A DNA stretch of 64,000 nt from Chlorokybus atmophyticus (taxonomy: Eukaryota > Plantae > Mesostigma and Chlorokybus algae). Shown in pieces: positions 53,832-64,000 of this stretch (position 1 is the first letter of the stretch; the number at the start of each line of letters is the position of its first letter). Under the pieces are notes generated by a model, which saw only the letters and a program-made list of their open reading frames with translations, did no database searches and was not told the DNA's origin. Made by a program: the position numbers and the translations under genes. The stretch is from the NCBI GenBank assembly GCA_009103225.1, contig RHPI01003642.1, forward strand, positions 218,451-282,450. The letters are read 5' to 3'.

Positions 53832-54575
53832 TGAAACCAACTCACTCAAATCAGGTTGTGTCTCAAGACGAGCGTGAAATAATCAATAATATCAAAAAAG
53901 AAAAAAAAAGTCGCATTATCTACCAACAATACTAGCAAGCAGATACGCAGGTCTGTATGCCTGTCCTGGCCTGGCCTCAAACTATCCCAACAGCTGCTGA
54001 TGTGGTGTTTTACGCGCGCTCTGTATGCTCACAGATGGCATGGCAGCCAGGGGAGCTTGTCTGAAGAGACGGGTTCATCCCCCTGGGATGCACTTGGGAT
54101 GTGTTGTGTGGTGCAACTTTCTTGTGATCCCAACCCGGGAATCCAACCCGCTCTCCGCAGCACAGCAGACTAGTCCTAGATCCCATCAGCTTGCTCCATG
54201 TGCCTCCTCCCAGCAAGCTGACGCACACAAACTGCACCCACACCCACAGCATCATCCGCTAAGCTTAGTCAGTGTAGTGTACGGCCGCCGCCGCCGCCGC
54301 CGCCGCTTGACCATCCTCATCCTCATTGTTATCATTGGAGATCAGGTGAGGTGGAATGGAAACCCTTCGTCACTGTGTTTGTGTGTGTGAGCATCACGTG
54401 ACCGACGCCAAGTCCTGAACCAACTTGACCGATCTGGCCTTGAAATGGCTGTCTCGATCCGGAGCGTGGATCTCGGTCACGAGGTGAGTGACGCTGCGGC
54501 AACGGTCGTAACGCGGGCGGGCCAGCGTGACTCCAAAACGCCTTGCGGAAGCCAACCGAAACCCTAGCTGAGGAT

Positions 54576-54722
54576 ATGCCTCAGGCGGGGACGGCGGCGG
54601 CGGCGGCGGCGGCGGCAAGGTCAGCGGCGAGGAAGCTGCTGGAGCGGCAGTACAGACTTTGGAACGGCAGGGCTGGTGCCATTGAAACGCTGCTTCCGGA
54701 AAAGAGAACTTTCCAAGGGTGA
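54576..54722 (+). other. Candidate upstream ORF (48 aa) in the leader of the CCHC gene
   Basis: ATG at 54576 just after an AACCCTAG telo-like motif; the stop codon lies inside a GTGAGT donor site. Confidence 0.3.
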
Positions 54723-55117
54723 GTTTGTTGGAGGGTCGGTGATGGCATCCTGCGTAGGCGAAGGCAGCGTTGGCAGTTGAATTCGCCGCAGGTTGCTCGT
54801 TGACATCTTCTAACGGCTGGCATGTTATTGAAGGCTGTTCTAGCCTGAGACAAAGCCTTTGGCGTTGAGGTCATTGCAGAATCTATGCAAGGCCTACATA
54901 TTGGTGCAAGCCTCCTCAGTCTCAGCTGTTTGGCTTTTTTTTGTCAGCTGCACGCGGCAACTGCACAGCTCAGCTCGTACTCCTGGCTTAGACACCGCAG
55001 ATGACATTGGGCATACATTTACACTACTCCATACAGCTGCCAGCGCCGTTTTGCATGCAGCATCTCTGAAATCTGCGCTCTGCAGCTGCTAGTGTTGCGG
55101 GGGGGCGCTGAGCATCC

Positions 55118-56929
55118 ATGGCTGGAGTGTACCCGCCGTACAGGCGATCACCTCCAGGCGCTGAGTATGGAGGAGGGCGTTCAGCTGCTGCTCAACCATA
55201 TCCAGAAGGCCGCTCCCGTTCGCGTTCTCCTCTTCGTGATCGGGGTTACAGCAGCCGAGGCGGAGGCGGAGGCGGCCATCATCAGCGTGCTGTCTCACCC
55301 AACAACGACCGCCGCAACATGAGCAACAGCATCCGTCCACGCGGTTCCGAATATGATGCAAGCAGAATGGGCGCAGGCGGGAGCTACAGCGGGAGGCAAA
55401 GGTATGATGGTGATCGCATGGACAGGCAGTATGGTGGTGGGCGCGATGGTGGGTTAGACAGAGACCACAGCCGCGGGTATGCGAGTGGGCAGAGGGGAGG
55501 GGGGACAGGGGATCATTATGATGAGTATGGGTATGCCTCGCGGGCAGCAGCAGCAGTGGCTGGAGGGGGTTATGCACGCATGTATGAGCCTGAGCGGGAT
55601 GCTTATCACCGTTCAGACAGGCCCGATAGATCTGGCCCTGGTATGTATGACAGCTACGCAGCTAAACATTCAGACAGACCGGCGGACTACTTTGGGCGGT
55701 CGAGAGATGGGCACTATGGTGAGGTCCCGGCTGTGCCTGGCCGCTATGGCGCCATGCCAAGCGAGCATCATCGCTCTGCTGATGGTTACACAGCGTCGCG
55801 AGGCCATGCAGGGAATGGCGCAGACGCATCGGTGTGCTTCTATTGTTCACGCCCAGGTCACTTTGCTCGCGAGTGCCCAGAAAAAATGGAGAGAGGAGGA
55901 GGTGGTGGTGGTGGTGGGCGCGCACCGTACTCTTCGCGTCCCAGAGATGGGCCGAGCGACCCGGACGCGGAACCCAAGTGCTACGAGTGCGGGCGCCGCG
56001 GGCACTTTGCTCGGGAGGTACAGGAAACTACTACTACTAACAGTGTGACAGAGGGTGTTTATAATAGAGCCGCTGCTGCTGCTGCTTGTGTGCTACTGGA
56101 CAATTGTCATCAGCATCGACTGCCAAACCAGCTGCTGCCCTACTACAGCCACAACGTACCCTGTGCAGTGCCCTGATCGCCACCCAGGCAACGCCAGAGT
56201 GGACAAGTGCTACCAGTGCGGCAATGTGGGACACATTGCGCGAGAGTGCCCAACCGGGAGGTCGGCTCCCATGGACGTTGCCGCACCCAAGACAAGTTCC
56301 CGGTATAGCGACGTCCCACCTGCAAGAGACATCCCTCGCTTTGAAGATATACCTCCTAGAAGAGACAGCTCTCGATACGACGATCGCACGCGCAGACGGG
56401 AGACTTTATTCAGCGATGCTCCTGGACGTGAAGCCAGTGTTGCCGTGATGGCGCCTCCTGCACCAGACTTTGCTGACGGCAGCGCCGGTCCATGCTTTGC
56501 TTGCGGCAAACCAGGACACTGGGCGCGTACTTGCCCAGAGAAGGATGCGCGTGGGCAGCAGTCTCGCTATCCTGCGCCAGCCAGACCCATGTACAATGGT
56601 GACGGTGCAGCAGAGCGAGCGCCACGCAGCGACAAGTGTTACACCTGCGGCCAACCAGGCCATCTGGCACGCGAGGTAACAACTTGAGAGTATGACGTTG
56701 ATTAGAAATTTGTTTGGCTGACTTGTTGCATGCACAGTGCCCAGACAGTGCTGGACGGGATCGCAGTGGTGCACGTGATCAAGCGGAGTATGCCAGACCG
56801 CCCTCAGCTGGGCCCAAGCCGGATGTCAGGAGCAACCGTCTTGATGAGGATCTTGATAACTATTTTGGGGATCATCCTCGGCGCAAAAGAAGGCCAGAGG
56901 ACGATGAGGTGATGGAAGGGCCCATGTAA
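55118..56929 (+). CDS. RG/RS-rich protein with five CCHC zinc knuckles and a C-terminal LDxxLDxY motif
   Basis: CFYCSRPGHFAREC, CYECGRRGHFARE|C, CYQCGNVGHIAREC, CFACGKPGHWARTC, CYTCGQPGHLARE|C; RLDEDLDNYF near the C-terminus. Confidence 0.85.
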
Positions 56930-57479
56930 GCCTTTTCCACGCTGTACCAACCCTTGTTTGCGTTACCAGCTAGCAGTTCAGTGTAGGCTTCCCGTCCTTG
57001 TTATAAATGTAGTAATTGCCAGGGATTGGCATTCTGTATGATGGCATGGATGCTTCAATCGGATGTGGAACCATGTTTGGTTGATCTTCGCTGTGCCCAT
57101 TGTGTCCGCACCTCATACAAGGTGTTCTCAGTGAATTGGTGACCTCGCTGCTCACTGATCATTCAAAAATAGGTCTAGTGTGTAAAGTCAGTTGCGACAG
57201 CCTTGTGTGAGAACAGATATGTTACAGCACAGACATTGTGGGTTGCAGCATGTGTGGCCCCAGAACGACATGTGTGAGCTGTGCGTAACACATACATCAC
57301 GTGCATATTCTGTACACTACTGGCAGCATATCCTGTACAACAAAGTCTGTCTCTTGCCAGTATCCGCAGCATGGTTTGCAAAGCCATTGATGCCATACAC
57401 AGTATGCAATGCAGAGTTCACACATGCATGACATGCAATTACCACCAGCATATACGCAGTCATCAAGTACATCATAGGG

Positions 57480-57985
57480 CTATGCACTCATTACAATACT
57501 ACCTACTTATCTACCTTTACAACCGCCCAACACCCTGTTAGTCACACATGAATACATGTTTACCTGCCCACATGGGCGGTATACCCCTTTACGGTGGTAC
57601 ATAATAAGTTGAATAATTAATGTTTTTCTGAATGTGAAACACTTGTATTGTGCCGGTGCAGAGCTGCAGTGGGCATACATGCAAACCCATGTGCCATAGG
57701 CAAAAATGTAGGGGCCCAGAATAGAAGCCAATTGCCACCATGCATCATGTGTGACATAGGATGCTTGTAACACAAACCACGCAAGCATGAATCGGTGCAT
57801 GTGTACAGAATATGCAACTGATGTTTGCAACAAGCATGACACATGCATGGACACGACACTTTCTAACTAATACCACACTCACCTCAAGGTCGACCACCGG
57901 GCTAGGTACACACTAGCTACCACTACCTGCGTCACTACTCTACTGCCCAACCCTGTTAGTCATGCATGTATGCATCACCTGCCAC
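57480..57985 (-). repeat. Two copies of a dispersed exon/intron-like repeat, also present near 25020-25115, 27845-27990 and 28720-28865
   Basis: Shared core catg..actaacagggt.gggc..tag...cccggtggt..gag|gt.ag. Confidence 0.55.
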
Positions 57986-58421
57986 ATCGCTAGTAAGGTT
58001 AGCCTCGAGCAGAACCACGTTGTCAATTATTACCCCAAACATGTCTCGTAAGCGCGCAAAGCAGTACTGAACATAATCTGAACACAGTTTAGTAGTGCTT
58101 TTCGCAAGGATGGTTCTCATGATACAACTTCTACTGCTCTCCAACCTCCGCACTCACCTCAGCCCCACTTGTGTTGACTCAGCCGGTGCAAAAGCCATGG
58201 TCAGGAAGGCCCCGGCATCTCTTGCTGTTGAGGGACTAGTTGCTCGCATGCCTGTGGGCATCACAGCTGTGCACAATGCAAGCAAGCTCATGTGGGTGGC
58301 AAGTGTGCACCGATGTGTACATGCTACCAGATTGATACCCCATGTATGGACACAGCTGGAGCCACATTGTAGCATTTGCACAACCGTATGTAGTACACAA
58401 TAACAAATTACTAGTGCCCTA

Positions 58422-60560
58422 TTAGACAGGTGATATTTCATGTGCGTCTTTGATCAAATCAGCCGCCGCAGCTGGAGCCCCGTTGGAAGACAACCTCCTG
58501 TCCAGATCCAAGTGCGCTGTTGCGGATTCGTGCGAAGAGATCCTGTCCAAGTCCGGATGCGGCACCACCACTCCTGCAAAACCACCAACTTCTTTTTCTT
58601 CCTGCTTGCTCTCCGGCGAAACATGGCTTGGAGTGACGGCGGGGCTGCCGATCCCGTGCAGGTTGCCTCCAACAGCCAGGTTGAGCATAGCGGGGCGGTT
58701 CGAGGTTTGCTGTTTCTCGATATCGTCATCCTCGCCTTCGCTCGCAGGGGAGCCCGACGGCCGAAGGCTGTACGGGTGGTGGCCTTCCTGCAACTCCAGG
58801 TCCGCTCTTCCTGGTGACGGGGGGTCCGGCAACACCGCACGCAGCTGCAACCTGCTCGGCACCCAAGGGGCGAAAAACACCTCCTTCCAGTTTGATAAAC
58901 ACCCTCGATTGTACGGGTTCGCCTTGCTGTCAAACCGGTAGCGAAAGTTCTCGTATGTGGTCTGCGCGTGAACACAGCAGTCAACAACTACTTGCAACTA
59001 CGCGCACGTAAACGATACATACGGGTTGGAACGCTGTTGAGCAGTGCAGCGCTGTGGAGAAGCTGCAACATAATGTACTCACTGTTGACATACAAATGCG
59101 ACGAGCAGGCGCATGTGACACATGCCATGACGCTGTGCATGGAACCTACTGGTGCACTATACAAGCAACTACCAACTCTAATTGTCTGAAACCCTACAGC
59201 CAATAAGCAGCACACCTTGATGCAATACAACGACATGTGCACACCTGATTGGTGCTGATGAGGTAGGCATGAAATACCGACAGCCCGCCCACAAACCAGA
59301 AGAATGCGAAGCAATAAACCATCAGCACAATTGAAGCAGGGCGCTTCGCTAGTGCAGTCCCAACACCTGTTTGGTCCAGCTCCTTTTTCACGCTGACATC
59401 ATAGGCAGAAACGGCGAATACATACATGGCGGTGATTGTCGAGCACACCAGAAAAAGGTAGAAGAACCGATAATTTCGCTGCGCACAGGGCACGTGTTGG
59501 TATTGTGAGTGCAAGTGCACAAATACACACAAGAAAATGTCCCACCTTTCCTATACACTGCCCTACCCAAGGGCAGTGATGGTCAAAGCGTTCAACACAG
59601 TTATTGCATATGCTGCAATGTGAACAACGCGGGGGCCGGTAGATGTTGCAAGTTTCGCAGAATTTAATCTTCACAACATGCCCGTTCACCTGCAGAACGA
59701 GGGCGTCACGCGGCAACTTCTACCTCCCACACCCCATGCACACAATACAGCATGCGTATGCAGGATTAGGGCACTATTTTCTTCACGGATCTCTTTGACT
59801 GTTGTACACCATGATGATGAGCACATTGTGCGCATCTTCTTGCAGTACAACACACCTCTATTTCTCGGGAGCGGGGCAAGCGCGGATTACGGCCGTCGAC
59901 ACTGGATTCATCTTTGGGGTCAATTTCGGGAGGGTGGGTAGAGCGGGGAATGATGCCGGGGTCTCGCAGCGTAGTCAGCAGCAAGAGCAGCAGATCTATG
60001 CAGGAGAGGACTATCCCCAGGACAAAGTACACCCACGAACGGTGGTGCCCCAGAAACACCCCTACGAAAACGGAAAACACCGCAGCCGGAGCGATGATGA
60101 TGCACACCGTTGCAAGAAACGACTTCCAGTCTGGACCCAGGATAAACCTTCCTCGGAAAGCAAACACCTGCGATACAAGGGTAATAAATCGCATGTCGCT
60201 TCTACTTGAAGCAACATTGACAGCAACACTACGATACTACAACAAGTAAGTAACTAAGCATATGATGAGTTGTCAGTAAACATTGCACAGCAACTACTGT
60301 GAGATGCCGATGTGTAGATACGTAGCAAGTGCAGATGTAAGTGCAGATGTAAGTGTAGATGCGTAGCAAACAAATGACCAGCTTTGTATGTGCAACACAA
60401 AAACAGTGAGATACGATAGGCACTGGCATAATGCTTGCGCAATTAACCTAATTACAAGAAAGTGCCGTATGCAACCAAACAGGTGTATTTTGGGGACACA
60501 CGCACGCACGCACGCACGCACATTTTTGCCGGGCCATTGCTGGTAGGCCCTTCGGGCCAT
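58422..60560 (-). CDS. DHHC protein S-acyltransferase (ERF2/ZDHHC9-like clade)
   Basis: YQQWPGKN|[80 protein letters not shown]. Confidence 0.95.
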
Positions 60561-61007
60561 AACTCTATAAATCACGCCCTGCTGCGGCAGGCTTTCCAGC
60601 AGCTTCGGCGGCGGTCCTCGCTGGTAACAGGGCAGAAGCACTCCACCCGCCTGCGCCTCTTCGCACCCATCATCACCCTAGCGGCGGAGTCCGCCCCCCA
60701 CGCACCTACCGCCGCATCATCACCTCCAGGACGAAGTGCCAGACCAGCAGCTATGTTAGCAACGCGATCTACAAAGTAAGTGTGTTCCACCTTCGCAGCG
60801 CTTCGCTAGCGGTCCGGCCCCACGCCGGCACCGCCGACACCGCCTCCTCCTCCGCCGCCGCCGCCGCCGCCGCCGCCGCCTTGTCAACGATGTGACGGTA
60901 CTCTTCCTCGTAAGCGGCCTCGTACTTGGTGTGTGTGATTGTCAAACGCACCCAGGCAGAGAGTGTCGTCGTCGCCGTAGCCAGCTCACTTGTCCGGCCA
61001 AGCTTTG

Positions 61008-61017
61008 AAACCCTAAA
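61008..61017. promoter_or_regulatory. Telo-box (AAACCCTAAA) upstream of the DHHC gene leader
   Basis: Exact plant telomeric motif at the edge of the GC-rich leader. Confidence 0.5.
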
Positions 61018-61632
61018 CGGGACTGTGCAGGGCTTGCATGCCGATGTAAGAATGCACGACCGGCATATATATCTCACTGGCGCATGCTTGTCTGATGAAA
61101 TTGCTTTGGGGAGCCAAGCCCCTCTCAATTAGGGCAGCACTGCTGACTGTTACCCGGTAATGCGGCAGTCATGATGCACGTGTGATCCTTATGCTCCGTC
61201 AAGATTGGCGGGCAAGGCACCCAGGATATGATCGTGAGGTCAAGGGTTGTGCCCTATTAACGTACATGAGGTATAAGAGTGCATAGGGTGGAGTAAAGGG
61301 GCTCGGAATATAAGCAAACAAATTACTAGTGCACGCAACTTAAATGTATTGGCAATACAATACAGGCATGCATGCGTCTACCGTGTTGGTTACATTGCAA
61401 TAGCATGCACTCATGTTTGTTAATTCACTCTACACGCACGATAATTCTGGCGGGACACGCAAGAGCTACATACATTGAGACCTACCTTCGTGATAAATGA
61501 AAGTGCTACATATGTTATGCAAGTGCAATTAGGGCTAATAGCGACCAGTGATCAACTTAGCCGCAAAGAAAATGGTTTAAGGCAATGCACGAGGATAATA
61601 ACGTGTTGCGTAGTGCAGCTTAATGCAGTGAA

Positions 61633-61670
61633 GTGATGTGATGTGATGTGATGTGATGTGATGTGATGTG
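61633..61670. repeat. (GTGAT)n microsatellite
   Basis: Direct reading. Confidence 0.9.
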
Positions 61671-62147
61671 GTGTTCTGTTGAGCCTCACCCCGTCCCTGC
61701 ATCTGTCGCCATATCCTCATTTGTAGTATAGATTGTGGTATGTCATGCTCAAACATACGTGCACACATGCAGAGACTGCATAGCGCTAGCAGGGCTAGCA
61801 GAGCAGGCAAAACAAGCAGGGGCAGTTGACATTACACCCGGGGCCGCAACCTCACCACTTCCGGTGCTGTTATGTGTTGTGTGTGCAATGCAATGTTGTG
61901 GGACCGTCAGTTGGCAGCAATGGGGATTACCCAACTAACCTAACCATCACACGTAAGGCGACAACTTGGTCTTCGGGTTAGGCATTGGCAGGACAAACAA
62001 GATGTGAGCGGTACTTTGGTGTAGGCGACTGAGCCCCGTTATGCATATGTAAACATGTATAACATGAAAATGCTGCAATTCATATGAATGTGTGCGCGTG
62101 GCAAGCATTGTTGACACCATCAACAATCGACTTACGCAACACACCTG

Positions 62148-62480
62148 CTAGCACAACACCCACCCGCTCACTATGGCGTCATGGTGAGCGGGTGGTCGAC
62201 ATGAAGGTTTATATTCCGAATATAAGAGTCAACGAAATCTTACACTTAATATCTTTGCAATTTCAAAAAGACTTCCCTTAAAGGGAGATCTCCCTTTTAG
62301 TAATTTTCTCAAGTATTCTTATCCAAGACAAAACTTCTTTAAATTGAAACATATGATGTACGGGTTATGCAGTAACTTTTCATCACGTTACGACCGATGC
62401 ACGCTGTCACGCGTAGAAGATTGGCAAAATTCACACATTCGGTTCATCTTTTATTCCAAGGTTAAGCGAGCTGTGCTTAA
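62148..62480 (-). mobile_element. Helitron-like 3' terminus (hairpin+CTAG) bordering an AT-rich segment
   Basis: CACCCGCTCAC-tatggcgtcatg-GTGAGCGGGTG (62161-62194), 9 nt from CTAG (62148-62151). Confidence 0.35.
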
Positions 62481-62853
62481 CACTTGTTAGTGCGGTTCAT
62501 GTTCTATACACATGGGCTAGCACACAGCTGGTCATGCCAACCTCCAATGTTGCACTGCGAACCAGCATACTTTCAGCCTTGAGAAGCGGCCCATTGTTTG
62601 CATCCCGCAGGCTATACTATGGTAATGGTGATTGCTAGCAGTGTGACAGCGTGGAGCAAACCAGTGAAGTGACCAATGGTTTGATTCAGCATGAAGCTGA
62701 CTGGTGCTTCAATGCACACATATGGAGGCATGTGCTATATGTCAGGGAGCTAGAGTTGGCCACATGGCAAATAAATCACTCACAGTCCATCTGCAACATA
62801 TTAAGCCCTGTGTGTGACGCATAACACAACATGATCTAAAACGCCATGTGGCT

Positions 62854-62958
62854 TTACCCAAGTGTGCGTGGTGCGCGTACTTACCCAAGTACACGTGTTC
62901 CGCTGATGCGCGGTGCGCATACTTGGGTAAGTATGCGCCCCGCGCACCAGCAGAACAC
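62854..62958. repeat. Nested fold-back element; 30-bp stem with 3 mismatches and a 4-nt loop
   Basis: 62895-62924 pairs with 62929-62958; TTACCCAAGT occurs twice and its reverse complement once. Confidence 0.9.
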
Positions 62959-63024
62959 CGAACAACCTATGCATTACAGCAACTCAACCAATAATTACGG
63001 GATGCTATGTGTCGTAACACATTT

Positions 63025-64000
63025 CTATAGCAGCTTGACATCCGTCCTTGACGACTGCATACGCTTCAACGTACGATAGCCTCTATCTGTACCAAACAGC
63101 CTGCCCATAGAAAATTTAGATGGCAACATTCAGCTGCATGGGCCACGTACCAGTCCATGTACACAAACGTCGGAAGAGTAGTTGCCAGAATTTGTGTACA
63201 ACAACCGATGGTGGTAGTCGTGGAAGTCAGCACCCCGTACAAAGGCAAAAACCTGTCACGGTGACAGGCATACAAACACTCCCATGCCGGCAGCTCTGAC
63301 ACACAGCAGTTGATCAAAGCTTGCCAACATACCTGGATGGCGATCATGGGAAGTCGTATCCGCAATGAGCCTCTACAGCTTCTATCAAACGCAGGCCCAT
63401 CCAAGCCCACATAACCAACAAGTGAGGCCCCACCAGCGCGGGACCGATCACCGTTGCGAGCCCCAAGAACAGTATCTCCATTGGGTGGACATAGAGTGCG
63501 GTGACTCCGAACGGAGTAGCCCACTCGTGATGAACACTGTGCACGTGCTTGTACAACCACTTCGTGTGTAGGAGCCGGAGGCCCCAGTAGAAAACGAAGT
63601 CCTCAATGATTACAAATGCAAAAATCTGCCACAGCACGCGCCAAATGTCAACACAACCACTACCAGCAAGCGCACAAAGCATTCAACATCACAGTGCATG
63701 CCATGCACATGCAATGCAGTGCAAGACTAGAAGCTTAACCATTGAACGTCAAAACACACATCAAGCAGAGGAGCAACCCAGTCCAAATAGAAAATACTTG
63801 AGCGATCTGTGCAACAGCATGCAAAGTCTTGAAGCCGCTGACCTGAAGAATGGCGAGGGAGAGGGAAGGGAGTGGGAGTTTGGAGGTGATGCCCATGGCG
63901 GAGTAGGCTGGGTAGGAGACGGCCATGAGTGGCAGGTTGACGGAGAGGTGGTAGAGGAAGAGGCGGACGACGCAGCGCCACTGCTGGGTTGTGGAAGTCC
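63025..64000 (-). pseudogene. SMO2: Disrupted sterol C4-methyl oxidase (SMO2/ERG25-like), 5' part outside the window
   Basis: EDFVFYWG(L)RLLH, HSVHHEW.TPFG, AHCGYDFP(*), FLPLYG-(frameshift)-ADFHDYHH, LFGTDRGY. Lesions: His-to-Leu, a TGA stop, and -1/+1 frameshifts. Confidence 0.85.

Noticed and set aside
56970-57155. Antisense ORF with CMRCGHNGH resembling a gag knuckle
   Set aside because: The last Cys is absent and there are no LTR or pol remnants nearby.

Overview
Eukaryotic, intron-rich, gene-dense nuclear DNA. The source is most likely an early-diverging streptophyte green alga; this is inferred from plant-type CPSF30-YTH, CPR5, SMO2 and DHHC genes, telo-boxes and a plastid-type transit peptide, together with a CAMSAP, which land plants lack. 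Gene models were spliced by eye from GT/GC-AG sites, and family calls rest on recalled motifs, not database searches. About 17 protein-coding loci are present, mostly in head-to-head pairs: NTAQ1, a PDS/ZDS-like flavoprotein, CAMSAP/Patronin, glycine cleavage T protein, ACBP, a CCX exchanger, a CPR5-like protein, a torsin-like AAA+ ATPase, CPSF30-YTH, cyclophilin H, a LAP1/LULL1-like pseudo-ATPase, a UBE2Q-like E2, a CCHC protein, a DHHC acyltransferase and several orphans. There is also a disrupted SMO2 copy, AT-rich islands, dispersed repeats, long hairpins and an assembly gap. The strongest lead is a nuclear-envelope module within about 18 kb. It comprises a torsin that lacks its own arginine finger, a membrane-anchored degenerate AAA+ protein that keeps an arginine at the activator position, and a CPR5-like transmembrane nucleoporin head-to-head with the torsin.
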